This document shows, one piece after another, positions 25,121-38,330 of a stretch of 64,000 nucleotides of DNA (within the stretch, counting starts at the first letter, position 1; every line of letters starts with the position of its first letter). The position numbers were made by a program, and so were the translations under genes. This DNA comes from Octopus bimaculoides (Eukaryota), in contig NC_068983.1 in assembly GCF_001194135.2 (NCBI RefSeq), forward strand, positions 101,283,265 through 101,347,264. Reading direction: 5' to 3'. Under the pieces are notes generated by a model, which had not been told where the DNA came from, searched no databases, and worked only from the letters and a program-made list of their open reading frames with translations.

Positions 25121-26359
25121 TTTGTTGAGTTGCATTAGTTCTCTTTTAGTTTTAACTTTGATGTATTTTAGATTTTCCAATTGATAAAAAATAATGTTCT
25201 TTATTTTCTTTTATAACATTTTCATGGTTTATTTTCTATATGCTTTTACTACAACAGCCTTTTTAAAAAATTTTGTTTTGTCTGGTGTTTGTAACTTCTA
25301 ATATTTAAGAATCCACAACAGCATTTCTGCTGTAGCCCTTAAATCTAAAATTTAGTAGGTTATAGTGCTTAATGGAAGCTTCTTGATTTACATTGTGTGC
25401 TTTTTAATTAATGTAAACAATATGTGATTAGTCTTAATTATAAAAAATGGAATTGGAGTTAATAGTACCCTAAACTGATGAGTCAGAGTCAAAGGTTTTG
25501 TGTACTGACTCCACAGCCCTCCACATTCGAGTAGTTATACAGATTCAGCATTTCAGGTGTTCTGTGCCTTTGTATTGCTGAGGACTGTAATACCTGGTGT
25601 GTTCTTTTATGTGATGGTTTATGAGCTTTTTTAATGTTCAGTTATGGATTTGACTTGAGCAGTGTATTTGTTCCAGTTTTGAAATGGTGGGATTAGTTTG
25701 GAGATTTGGTGCTATTACTTGTAAGTCAAGTGATTGCATAAAGGCTCTCTTGATTTGCAAACAGATTTTATATTTATCTTCATGTCTTTCAAGTGTGTGA
25801 AGTGCTTTCAAATTTCAAATCAGATTGCCAGGATTTGTTTTATATCTCAAATGATAAAAGGTACTATTATGGTCAGTGGATATGAGAAAGGAAAAGAAAG
25901 TGTTGCTATGAGAAGTTTCTCTACAACAGTTTTAAATTGGGCAGTGAGAAGCTGCTTTTAGTCAAGCCAAGAAAAGGGCTTGCAATAGATATTATTTGGG
26001 AATAATAAGAAAATATAAACTTTCAGGCAGAGTTACCACTTAACTATTTACAAATATAAGAGGACTGTACAACAGAAAATAAAATTCAGTTAAATATTGA
26101 CATGACTTAAAAAATCATAGCAAGTTTAATTCAGGATTTACAATTTCAATCTAAAAATAAAGATATGTTTTTCCATGAGACTTTTCAGGAGATGCATTTA
26201 TCAAAGAGCAAATAAAACTTTACTTTTAATTATTTTATAAATGGAATCAATAGTCTTATTGTGCAGTGGTACTACTTAGTTATATATAAGGAGTTTAGAA
26301 TTTCCTGGTTAATTCTGTTCTCAGCATTTTGACCTTGAAGGATGAAAAGTGATAGAATT

Positions 26360-26750
26360 GGGTATTTGAAGGAAGCTCTCTTCTCAACTGTGGTCTGTGG
26401 TCTCAGTCTCACTCTGCCGCACCGTGGGCAAGTGTCTTCAACTATAGTCCCCAGCTAATCAAAACCTTATTTGAGAAATAAAAACTGAGAAAAGCCCATC
26501 CTATATAGATATATTTGTGAATACATGTATGTGTGTGTTTTGTGTGAGTCCCCTACCATTGCTTGACTACCAGTGTTGGTTTGTTTACATCCCCATAACG
26601 TAGCAGTTTGACAAAAGATACTGATAGGATATGTACTAGTCTTAAAAATAAAAATATATACTAGGGTTGATTTGTTTGATTAAACCCATCGAAGCATTGC
26701 CTTAGTATGGCCACAGTCCAATGACTAAAACAAGTAAAAGATAGAAGATA
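26360..26750 (+). mobile_element. SINE family A, decayed
   Basis: GGGCAAGTGTCTTC head and ATGGCCACAGTCCAATGAC tail. Confidence 0.75.
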
Positions 26751-27689
26751 AAGCCTAGTAGTATGCTTTCATAAAAAGTACCGAACAGTTTAGATTTGAA
26801 TAATTCTCTTTTTCTGCTACATCAATGTTGCTATTTTTTTGTCTTGGTTTTTAAAGTTTAGAACTAAATAGGTAGGTTTTTAAAAACTTTTTTTGTATCT
26901 TTAAACAAAATTATTGAGCTTTCATGACAAAAGAAATTTTAAAAGATGCAGAAGAAATTTAAAATCCTAAAGAGTAGACTTGAATTTGAAATATCTGAAT
27001 TTACAAAGCTGAATTTATTATGCTTAATTTTTTTATTTTTTTTATTTGTATCTCTGGAAAGTGTTAGCTAAGAAATGTGTAAGCTGTAAGAAACAATAAT
27101 CTATATAATGCCTACAGTATGAAGTTTATGTAAAATATATAAGAAATTCGTGTTTCTTTTTTTACTAAAAAAAATAGAATATATAATACATCTGTCAAAA
27201 TTGTAGTGATGTATGGTGACAAAATAACAAAATGTAAAGAAGAATCAGTTTGAGAAAAACATATTAACATTCCAACAATTTCTAAAGAAAGTTTGAATTG
27301 AAATGAACCTAAAAAAAGTAGTTAGATGCTTTGGATAGAATAAGAGATAAATGCCATGAAGTAATAGTGAGTTGACTAGGAAAGTACTGCAAGTTGCGAT
27401 AGAGAATACAGAGAGAAAGTCGACTGAAGAAGACTTTGGGTGAAAAAGAGTAAGTCTTAGAAAGCTGTTGAAAATTTGCTGATGTCATATTGGAAATATG
27501 TTGTAGTTTTAAGGACAGAGATTGTGGGAAATGTTATAGCAGCATAAGCAAATGTACATTAACTCTTTTGTTAACCATATTTCTGTTGAAATACACTGCC
27601 TTTATTTCAGTTGATTTTGAAAAGATGAAGAATTTAGTGAAATAATTTTGTTATTATTAAGCTGGTGTTTGAAACAAATTAATACAAAA

Positions 27690-28090
27690 TTTTAATGTCC
27701 ACTTTCCCATGCTTGCAAGGATCAGATGGAATTTGTTAAGGTAGATTTTCTATGACCAGATGCCCTACTTGTCATCAACACTTACCTGTTTCCAAGTGAG
27801 GTAATATTTCCCCATGGCCAGACATGTTTTCACAGAAGATTAGAAACAAAGGAAACAGCATGCATGATAGTGACCCTCTTTTTACAGTTATCACATTAAC
27901 ACCATCCACCCATTTAGCCCCACACATATGTAAATGATAGGCTTCTTTCAGTTTCTGTCTACAAAATCCAATCTTAAGGCTTTGGCTGGCCATGGGCTAT
28001 AGTGGAAGACAGTTGCCCAAGGTATCATGCAGTGGGACTGTATCTCGAACCCATGTAGTTGGGAAGCAAGTTTCTTACTACACAGCCATG
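27690..28090 (-). mobile_element. SINE family A head plus RTE-type tail
   Basis: Reverse complement of the same composite seen at 1585-1980. Confidence 0.8.
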
Positions 28091-28544
28091 TCTATGCCCC
28101 ATCACAGATAATTTGAAAGCATTTTAAAATAATTAAAGTTGCATATTAGAGATTAAAATGAAATGAATAGAACATGATGCATACAATGAAAATATTGATT
28201 TCTTTTCGCTAAGCACTACATTTGTAATGGAATCAGAGTGGAATGTTGTGTAACATTCATGACTATCTCATGAGTACAATTTACTAGTGAAAATGTCGGG
28301 AATGGAAGCTGCCCTGCCAAAATTATACCTCTTACACCGTACTATATTTTCCTAGTCATAACTTGCCATTTTTTAAAACAGGATACATTTGAAAACAATC
28401 TGAAATAAAATAGCAAGATATCACAGCTAGACTGCCTTTCATTACAGGTCTGAGCACGATCTGAGCTGATCTGGGGCTAAACAACTACAACATCTACAAG
28501 TCTATAGGGCTGTGTATAATCTCTATGTACCAGTTAACTTTTAG

Positions 28545-28761
28545 CCCTTAAGTATTCAGATTATTCTACCAAATATGATGCTTGTTTATTCACATTGCAT
28601 TGAATTAATCATGCATTATCTCATAGCTCTGAGATTTCTGCAAAGTGACTCTTTACTTTGGGAATAATATTGTAGGAAAGGGCAAGAGGCTGGATCTGAC
28701 TGGTTTTGAACAAAAAGGAGGTAAAATATTCAGGCCTGATATGGTTTTGAATGTTAAAGGG
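28545..28761. mobile_element. piggyBac-like MITE (CCCTTTAGCATT-type ends)
   Basis: CCCTTAAGTATTC...GAATGTTAAAGGG; same family as 39123-39313 and 50025-50229. Confidence 0.6.
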
Positions 28762-29369
28762 TTTTAAGTAGCTCTATTTGGTTAAAGAAGTCTAGAGACT
28801 CACTGATCTTTCAAAATCATTAATGATGTAGTAATCTATCTAAGTGGGTAATAGATCAAATCCTTGGCCACAAGGTTGCAAGTTATGATTTTGACTTATT
28901 TTGTCTGCTTTAGGGTATGTAACTGAAACCTTACTCTGCTTAATTGAGCAACCAAAAATAAAAAACAGACTTTTGATTCATCTGAGAATATGCCTGGCCA
29001 ATTTGGTCTGTGTTGAATTCAGTTGACATTCTCATTCTAACCCTTCCTATTTTTATTATAGCTATGCTATCATAATATTCAAATATTAGAAATAAAGATC
29101 ATAGTTTTAGGAATGGTATTTGGAAGTGCAAAAACAACCACTGATATAAAAGTAAAATTTAAATGTTTAGGAGAAAGGATTGCACATAACATTTAGAGTA
29201 GGATTTTAGTAGAGACGCAGTAATGATGGTAAGTATGCAATGGGAATTACTACAAGTAATTAAGAAATAGAAAGTGAATAAGATTTTGTTTTATTTTTAG
29301 GAGAAACTTAATGAAATAAATTATCAGTATTTAAAATGTAATATCTTATCATCAGTATTTCAAATGTTG

Positions 29370-29730
29370 GTGCAGGTATTGCTATATGATTAAGAAGTTT
29401 GCTTCACAACCATGTTGAAACAGGGTCAGTCCCATTGCATGGCACCTCGTGTAAGTTTGTTCTACTACAGCTTCAGGTTGACTAATGAATGAATTTAGTA
29501 GACAAAAACCTGGTTTGCATATATGTGTGCTGTTTGTGTACATGTGTGTGGGTGTATGCATCTTTGTGTATGTCCCTTACATCTTGATAACAGTTTGGTA
29601 AAAAGAAACGAATAGAATAAATACCAGTCTTGAAGCATGCATTGGAATTGATCTGATTGACTAAATCCTTGAGGCCTTTGCCTTAACATCTTCACAGTCC
29701 AATGACTGAGACCAATGAGAGTAAAAGAAT
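29370..29730 (+). mobile_element. SINE family A, decayed
   Basis: GGTCAGTCCCATTGCATGGCACC head, CACAGTCCAATGACTGA tail. Confidence 0.75.
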
Positions 29731-29809
29731 ATAATTCTCATTACAAAAGAATTGTGCTTTGGATGAATTTCTGTTAAGAAAAATTTTCTTCTTAAACTGC
29801 TGTGAACAA

Positions 29810-30178
29810 TCTTTTACTTGTTTCAGTTATTAGATTGGGGCCATGCTGGAGCACCACCTTGAAGAATTTTTAGTTGCATAGATTGACAACAGTACTTTTT
29901 TTTTTTTAAGCCTGGTACTTATTTTATCAGTTTCTTTTGTTGAACTGCCAAGTTATGGGGATGTAAACACACCAAAACTAGTTGTTAAGTAGTGGTGGGG
30001 GATAAACATAGACACAAAGACACACACACGATGGGCTTCTTTCAGTTTCTGTCTACCAAATCCACTCACAAGGCTTTGGTCAGCCCAAGGCTATAGTAGT
30101 AGACACTTTCCCTTGGTGGGACTGAACCTGGAATTATGTGGTTGGGAAGCAAGCTTCTTCCCACACACCTATGCCTAC
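29810..30178 (-). mobile_element. SINE family A, full length
   Basis: CTTCTTTCAGTTTCTGTCTACCAAATCCACTCACAAGGCTTTGG (reverse core) plus tail. Confidence 0.88.
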
Positions 30179-30315
30179 AGATTGTTTTATGAAATAATTC
30201 TTTATATTTTATTTTATTTCCGTTAGTTGTTAACAGAAACATTAAAAAATGGCTATTCTACTTTTGCAATCAATACTGATCAAGTTCAATATATACTTCA
30301 GAATATATAAATTGA

Positions 30316-32052
30316 TGAGTGGTTAATAAGCACTACAGGGATACTGTTAGTAAGGTAAGGGTTGGCAATGAGTATAGGGAAGAATTCTGGGTAGAAGTAG
30401 GGGTTCACCAAGGATCAGCCCTCAGCCCCCTCTTATTCATCATAATCCTCCAGGCAATAACAGTGGAATTCAGGACAGGTTGCCCCTGGGAGCTCCTCTA
30501 TGCTGATGACCTTGCTCTCATAGAGGAATCACTACCAGAACTAGAGAAGATATTTCAGGTTGGAAGCAACGATTAGAATCGAAGGGCCTTAGAGTCAATG
30601 TTGCAAAAACCAAAGTCCTAGTAAGTAGAAAGGCGAACACACCCCAAACCCCTTCAGGTAGATGGCCCAGTTCGATTTGTAGAAAAGGTGTAGGTAGAAA
30701 CTCCATAAGATGTACCCAATGTAAGCTATGAATGCATAAGAAGGTTAACCAGGATGATAGCTTTTGTGTGTGGTAGATGGACAAGGGTAATAAATACTGC
30801 AGATGCTCAGAAAACAGATTCCATCACATACCAAGGGAAGAAACTAGAATTAGTTGATAGCTTCCGCTACCTAGGCGACCAAGTCTGTAGTGGGGGTGGA
30901 TGCTCAGAGAGCATTGCCACTAGAATAAGAATAGCCTGGGCAAAGTTTAGNNNNNNNNNNTGCCACTAGAATAAGAATAGCCTGGGCAAAGTTTAGAAAG
31001 CTCCTAACACTACTGCTAACAAAGGGCCTCTCACTCAGAATGAAAGGTAGATTGTATGATGCATGTGTACAAACTGCCATGCTACATGGCAGTGAAACAT
31101 AGGCCGTGACTGCTGAAGACATGCGTAGGCTTGAAAGAAATGAAGCTAGGATGATCAGCCGGATGTGTAATGTCAGTGTGCACATATGACAGTGTAAGCA
31201 CCCTAAGAGAAATGTTGGACATAAGAAGCATCAGATGTAGTGTACAAGAGAAACGACTGCACTGGTATGGTCATGGATGAGGAGAGCTGTGTGAAGAAGT
31301 GTCACTCCCTAACAGTGGAAGAAACCCATGGAAGAGGGAGACCCAGGAAGACATGGGATGAAGTGGTGAAGCATGACCTTTGAATGTTGGGCCTCACAGA
31401 GGCAATGACGAAAGACCAAGACCTCTGGAGATCTGCTGTGATTGAGAAGACCTGGCAAGTAAAGTGAGATCACAGCCACAGCCTATACCAGTGTCGCATA
31501 ACCAGCCCATTTAAAATGTACCTTTGAATTGTTAAGCGACATGCTGTGCTTGAGGAGACTTATTGAGTTAAGTAAAATCAAAATCAACATCAAAAATCAA
31601 ATCACAATCAAATGGAAATTGTAGTTGTGGCCGATGCCAGTGCTGCCTGACTGGTGGCACACAATAAGCACCATTCATGTGTAGATCATTGCCAGTGCTG
31701 CTTGACTGGCTCCCTGTGCCAGTGGCACGTAAAAAGCACCATCTGAACGTGGTCAATGCCAGCCTCCCCTCACCCTGACTGGCTCCGGTGCCAGTAGCAT
31801 GTAAAAAGCACCATCCAAACATGGCTGATGCCAGTGCCACCTAACTAGCTCCTGTGCCTGTGGAATGTAAAAAGCACCCACTACACTCTTGGAGTGGTTG
31901 GCACTAGGAAGGACATCCAGCTGTAGAAACATTGCCAGATCAGATTGGAGCCTGGTGAGGCCTCCTGGCTTGCCAGTCCCCAGTCAAACTGTCCAACCCA
32001 TGCTAGCATGGAAAACGGACGTTAAACGATGATGATGATGATGATGATGATA
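30316..32052 (+). mobile_element. 5'-truncated RTE-clade LINE (RT, thumb, 3' region, (GAT)n tail), with stops and frameshifts
   Basis: GVHQGSALSPLLF, PWELLYADDLAL, GLRVNVAKTKVL, FRYLG, GRGRPRKTW; ends GGACGTTAAAC(GAT)n. Confidence 0.92.
30951..30960. other. 10-N gap with a 36-bp sequence duplicated on both sides (assembly overlap)
   Basis: TGCCACTAGAATAAGAATAGCCTGGGCAAAGTTTAG occurs immediately before and after the gap. Confidence 0.9.
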
Positions 32053-32388
32053 TAAACTATCATGTCTTTTCTGAGGTAGTTTTACCAACCAAAGAAAAAT
32101 TTCATTTGTTGTTTAGAGTGAAGACATTCTTGTTCATATTGAAATTAGCTAGGAAATAGTTATGGAACAATATTGTTTTGGTGAGGAAAGATTATAAATA
32201 TTCTTGTATTAAGATGAGTGAGATCAATTTTGCTAAAGATTTGAGGAATGGAATATGTCCAGAAAATTAAGAAGAACAGAGGCCATGAAGGTAACAGTTA
32301 AACAATAAAAAAGACACATCCTATTTCTAAGCTAAGCAATTCATAAAATCTTGATGATGAAGTCATTTTATGAAGAGATTTGTTGTTT

Positions 32389-32506
32389 TTCTGTGATGTC
32401 ATAAGGGATGATCCTTCTGTGATGTCATAAGGGATGATCCTTCTGTGATGTCATAAGGGATGATCCTTCTGTGATGTCATAAGGGATGATCCTTCTGTGA
32501 TGTCAT
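32389..32506. repeat. Perfect 26-bp minisatellite x4.5
   Basis: TTCTGTGATGTCATAAGGGATGATCC at 32389, 32415, 32441 and 32467, plus a partial copy at 32493. Confidence 0.97.
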
Positions 32507-33359
32507 TAAAAAAACTTCAGTGTGATTGCAAAAGTCTTTTGCACAACAGGTTTTTTCGAGAAATTGTCGGTTAGTTAAAATTTAATTATATTGTAAAAAA
32601 TATTGTGTGCAATGTAACTAGAAGAATCACTTCAGCATTTGTTAACAAACTATTATGTTTTAAAATGTTATGTATTGTTGATCAATGATATTCCTTGCTA
32701 TCTTATTGCATTAAACATCATTAATAAGCATTTTATTGTTTTAAGTAATGAATTAGAATTATACATATTGCTGTTGTTGAATAAATGTTTTAGATTGTTA
32801 GAAATTTGCTCTGCAAAACAATAGAAGCCAATTTGATATTTTTGTTCTTATGATATGTGTGAGGATTTGATCTAGCTGGATTTCATTCAGCTTCCATGTC
32901 ATTTATCAGCTATAGAATTAATTTATACATCTTACTGCATGTTACATATTTAAATCTTTTTATGCTTTTGATCGTGTGAACTTCTTTAATGCTTTCTGAA
33001 TTCAGTTATTGTTTTGCATATGTCAGTAGATCTATAATCAAAGTATTTAAACCATAACTATCCTGTCTTATTCACATGTAGGTCAGCTTGGACTATATTA
33101 TCTAATAAGTCTTTCCTTTTTAAGTCAGTAGTGTGCAATTTGATTGAGGAGCAACTTGGTTGCTATTTCTGTTGTTTTCTGAGATTAGTATTAATAAGTA
33201 CAGTATTCATATGTATTTGTTTAATCAAATTTGTGCTTCCAGGTAACAGTTGATTTTTCTTCTGAATTTGCTAATTCTATCCCACAAGTTTTTAGTTACT
33301 TTAAATCAGTTTTCTGCATATAACCACTTTGAATCTTTCTCCTCAAATCTTACTCATCG

Positions 33360-33900
33360 ATATGTGTATCCTTTGTTTATGATCTGAAGGGGTAGGGAAT
33401 CTGGATGATAAGAATTGATGAGGCCTGAGTCAAATGGTGTGAGACAAGAGTAAGGAGACTGCACATCTATACCCCAAAGGCTAGAGTGTGTTGGTGAGCA
33501 ACTCAATGCAAGATGGTATGGTGGCTTCTTTTCTGGATGGATGCATGTATGCATGAAAATACTTTTCCCAGATGTGGGAGCAGTATTCCATTGTGGGTTT
33601 CATTTGAACTCTATAACCAATTATCAGCTGCTGGGTGCTGAAGTATTTTCTGGTCTTAAAGAGGAAAACCAGTTTTGGGGAGGCAGTTTTTACTATGTTG
33701 AAGATGAAAGATCATGTGCAGCAACTTTTATTATTTTACTTGTGTATTATCTATGATTAGTGGGTGGCAGGTATAAGTGTTCCCTTAATATATGCAGTAA
33801 TTGTATCATTGTGTTGTTGAGGAGACTTCATTGAAGATTGAAATGGCCTTATTGGAGAATGCTTCTTTAGGTCTATTCATGGCTTTAGTCTTTAATTAGA
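33360..33900 (-). mobile_element. Jockey/L2/CR1-group LINE RT-thumb remnant
   Basis: HIFNIVKTASPKLVFLFKTRKYFSTQQL...KPTMEYCSHIW. Confidence 0.7.
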
Positions 33901-34062
33901 TTTTTATATTATGATTAACAAATAAAACTTTTACCATAAAAGTTTGATGTTGTTAGACAAAGGAAACTTTTTACAAATATTGAAACAGTGGAAACATTTT
34001 TTGTAAACATTTGATGTGTTATTGTTTGTAATGTATAATCTTTATTTTCTTTTTATGTTAAG

Positions 34063-34264
34063 ATTTCCCAAAACTCACATGCGCATGATGGATTTTGGAT
34101 TCAGTGGGCGAGAACACATTAGGAATCAACAGAGGTCTAAAAGCTGTGAACGTACTAACTGTAAAAATGATTTAGTAGGATTTGGATTAAATGAAGACTA
34201 TTTTGGAATTAATGACATCTTTAACAACATGCGTAGAATGATGGCTGGTATGAATCATTCTCTG
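34063..34264 (+). CDS. MLF: MLF exon 2 (FPKTHMRMMDFGFSG...DIFNNMRRMMAGMNHSL)
   Basis: Pyrimidine tract plus AG at 34061-62; GTAAGT at 34265; Met/Phe/Gly-rich segment typical of the MLF N-terminal region; lies within track ORF 34016..34309. Confidence 0.88.
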
Positions 34265-35180
34265 GTAAGTAAATATTTGTTTTTCTTTTTTGAAATGAAA
34301 ACAGGATAATATTAGATAATGATTATTCTCATCACTAAAGGTGTGTAATTTTAATTAAAACGTCTTAGGTTATTACAAAGTGTGTTTAGTGTGGATGATT
34401 TCTTAACATAGAAAGTTGCTTGTATAATAAAAAAAGCTTGTTGTTTAAATTTGATTTTCTCTGTTAATTCAATAAGTCAATTTCCAAAAAATTAATGCAA
34501 ATTGATCCAAGTCCTCTAAAACACAAAGAAAATATATCTCTACTGTATTATTGATAAAAGTTTGGGTTTACTTTATTGATTTTTTTTTTTTTTATCTCTA
34601 AAAGGTTATCAATGTTATTTATAAAAATGTGCCTCCACTTAAATAGATACTGAATTAGAAACACTACATAAATTGGAACGCTTAGGTCTCTTGGGAACCT
34701 AAACTCTCTGCTTTTAAGTGAACTGACATTTCAAATCTAACAGTTTTACATAATTATCATGTAATTGTATCTGTATGTGTGAGACAGTCTCTTTGATGCA
34801 CATGAATACATACAGGTATATTTTTGTTGATATTTATGAAGTATACTTAATACAAACATATCTAGATCTATTGCTTGCATTTATCCAAATGTATGTGCTT
34901 TGAATGTTTCTTCCTGATAATCTTCTTAAGTGTTGCAGCCATATTTATTTAATTTGAGACATTTGTTTATCTCTTTCATGCCTAACATCCATTGTATGTT
35001 GCTTTGGTAAATGATCAATACATCTTGTATCTCTGGTATAAAATATCATTTTCCAATTACAATTAGTGATGTAATGGTGCCATTCCATCCTTTTTACCCA
35101 ATAACTAATGCTTGCACTCTTTTCTCAATTGTATTTCCTTTATTTTCACTATCATACTCTTACTACATCTCTGTTATACC

Positions 35181-35438
35181 CAGGGCTGTGAAGTCAAAAC
35201 AAAGAACTTTGACTCTGACTCCTCTACTATTGGCACTTCTGACTCTAACTCTTTACATAATTAAGTCATTGTGGTCTTCATATCTCATAAAGCATATGCA
35301 TACACTTGTACTTTGAGTAGGCCTATATGTTATAACTGTTTTATATCAAAAAATAAAGACTTTGTGAGTTGGAGTTGCTATAGTTTTACCGACTCTGACT
35401 ACCCCTTAATTGTTTCCAACTTCACCTCCACAACCCTG
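35181..35438. mobile_element. hAT-like MITE with GACTCY repeats
   Basis: TIRs CAGGGCTGTG / CACAACCCTG; 8-bp TSD GTTATACC / GATATACC. Confidence 0.8.
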
Positions 35439-36139
35439 GATATACCCCACCCTGCTTAAACCTTCCATAATTTCATTTCTATCAACTTTTGCAACTACTT
35501 TTTAGTTTAACCATTCACTGCTGTGTCTTCATATTGTTTCACACTGTCATTCCTCACACAAGAATTTGTTTTGTTTTTTTCTTGAGAGCAATTACAACAA
35601 AATAAATGGCTGTACTTCAGGTGAAGATAGTACAAATCTAAGAAAACATATCTAGTACTGATGATATGTTAAATATGCATATGAGTGGAAAGCAATTAAA
35701 CTATGAAAATAAATGTCTCTGAAGTTATTCATGGAAATGTTTTATCTGCAGAGAATGTATGTGTATGTGATGCATTTCAATGTTGATGTAGTTTCTATAG
35801 CCAAATGCTATTCCTAATACCAACCACTATATGGAGTGCACTGGGTGCATTTTGTAGCACTAGCAATAGAGAGATTGTCATGTACTTGGCAAGACTAAAG
35901 AGTCCTCTACCATGTATTGTTTCCTTTCATTTGAAGTACATGTGACTAAGAAGATGGATAGAAGAGTGATGACAGAGAACAAAGGGGTGAAGGAAGAGAG
36001 AGTATGAGTATGACATAAGAACAGAATGATGAGGGTCAGAGTGGTGGTGGTGGTGGTGGTGGGGGTAATGAATGTCAATTGTTGAAAAGAAGATTAATGG
36101 GAGCATGATGGAGTAGGAGGTAGTGATAGAAGAGGTATG

Positions 36140-36798
36140 GGATCTTGTTCAAAACGGGGGCACCAGTATTTTCTTAATGAAACACTTTGAAACTTGGGAC
36201 ACTGGTAGAATGTGTCATATAAAACATCTTTTTCTCTTAGTCTTCTTAACAAAAAAACATACATCGCAAGTTATTTCATGTTAAAGTTGTCATATTTCTG
36301 TAATTTCAACCAATGACTGACGTCCATTCAACCGTAAAAATTAAGTGCTGACTACGTAAACAAACGAATCTCGGCAGTGATAAAATTATTATTTCCTTGT
36401 CAAAAAATGGCTGAAGCATATTGGCAGTAGCTAACAAACCTTTCTATTATAGGCACAAGGCATGGTTTTTGAGGGAAGGAGCAAGTCGGTTAGGGAAAAC
36501 GAACACACGTGTGTTGCCTCTGCAAAATGTCAGAAGTAATGGAGATTAAATACGCTTTACACCGCTTAAAGTGCCAAAGGAGTAACTTGTAAACAGCTGA
36601 ATACTTGTCAGTGATTGGTTGAAATTATTGAAATAAGACAATTTTTTACATGAAATAAATCCGAATACAAAAATTTTTTTCTGTTCTATAACACGAAATA
36701 GATAAGTATACAAAGTTTGAAAGTCTTTCGGTACCAAAAACACTACATAAAACATTAATGAAAACTGGTGCCCCCTCCCCCCGTTTTGAACAAGATCC
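36140..36798. mobile_element. Non-autonomous DNA transposon, Merlin-like
   Basis: TIR GGATCTTGTTCAAAACGGGG / CCCCGTTTTGAACAAGATCC; perfect 8-bp TSD GAGGTATG (36132-39, 36799-806); GG start plus an 8-bp TSD fits Merlin. Confidence 0.82.
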
Positions 36799-37464
36799 GA
36801 GGTATGATGATAGAGGAATAGGAGTAATTAAGATGAGGGAGGGAGTGTGATAGTAGGAAGTAATGTGTGAAAGTGTGAATGATTAGTGGATAGCAGTAAC
36901 AATAGGGGATGATAAGAAAGAGCTAGTGATAGATAGCAATAGAGATGGACAATATTCAGAGAGAGCAGTGAGTGTCATAAAGTGACATATAGAAGAGAGG
37001 ATGATGGCAAGCAGTAAAGAAGAGTGTTACTGGATACAGAAAAGACTGATACTATTGTTCAGTACACAGGCATTGTAATGGGAAAGATTTAGTGATTCAG
37101 ATTGATGGTAGTGATGATGGAATTGAATATGGATAGATCTAATACCATTCCTCATATTCATTATATCAGACCTAGGTGCTATGATGTAGTGAGTTTGAGA
37201 GTGTAAACGACAGCCAAGAAGCTATCAAGGACTAAGGGCAACAGATGGAGACTAACAATAGTTTTGTGATTTACACACTCATGTCTTGATAACAATAATG
37301 GAAGGATAAATGTGATTGCACAAGTTCATCCTACAAATAGCTAAGTTAGTGAATTGAAATAGTTACAAGAAATGGAAACTGGGTCACGAAACTAAGTTTA
37401 CAAAGGTGCTTTACTTGATTTACACTTCTACTCTCAAGTAGAAGACATATGTGTAAAAGACGTA

Positions 37465-37674
37465 TCTTTTATCTGTTACTTGTTTCAGTCATTAAACTGT
37501 GGCCATGCTGGGGCACCACCTTGAAGAATTTTTAGTTGAATGAATTGACTTCACTACATTTTTTTCTTTAAGCCTAGTACTTATTCTATCAGTCTCTTTT
37601 GCCAAACTGCTAAGTTACAAGGATGTAAACACACCAACACCAGTTGTCACATAGTGGAGCAGGACAAACACAAA

Positions 37675-37709
<35 letters not shown>

Positions 37710-38026
37710 CCCATCTAGAGTGAGAACCATGTGCTGTGGTGGCTTGGGATTCAGGGGCCCACAGCTATTTGGTGCCTTGCCAAAATATCTGAGGGATCTT
37801 CATGGAGTGTGAGTAGATGTTTTCAAGAAACAACTTGGCCTCCTGCTATCCAAGGTCCCGGATGAACCAATATCAAGACAGGGGATTTGGGTGGGCAGTG
37901 GCAGTGTCAGGCACACTCCTTCACCAGAAGCCAATCACAGAATTGGCCATTAAAGGGGTGATTACGCTGGTGGTGCCCCAGCATGGTCCAGTCTTAGGGC
38001 TGAAACATGTAAAAAAATAAAAGAAC

Positions 38027-38125
<99 letters not shown>

Positions 38126-38330
38126 CATCATCATCATCATCTTCATTTAATGTCCATTGTCCATGCTGGTATCTTTCAGTTTCCATCTATCAAATCCATT
38201 TACAAGGCTTTGGTTATCCTGAGGCTATAGTAGAAGACACTTGCCCAAAGTACCATGCAGTGGGACTAAACCTGGAACCATGTGGTTGGGGAGCAAACTT
38301 ATTACCATACAGGCATGTCTACGCTTGCAT
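37465..38330 (-). mobile_element. Cluster of SINE family A pieces interleaved with a CR1 fragment and microsatellites
   Basis: Reverse tails at 37465-37670 and 37955-38010; reverse head at 38170-38330; (CA)n and (TA)n between them. Confidence 0.75.
37710..37955 (+). mobile_element. CR1-group LINE 3' fragment
   Basis: GFRGPQLFGALPKYLRDLHGV*VDVFKKQLGLLLSKVPDEP. Confidence 0.75.

Noticed and set aside
30914-30996. Biological tandem duplication in the RTE element
   Set aside because: The identical 36-mers flank a 10-N gap, typical of unmerged contig overlap.
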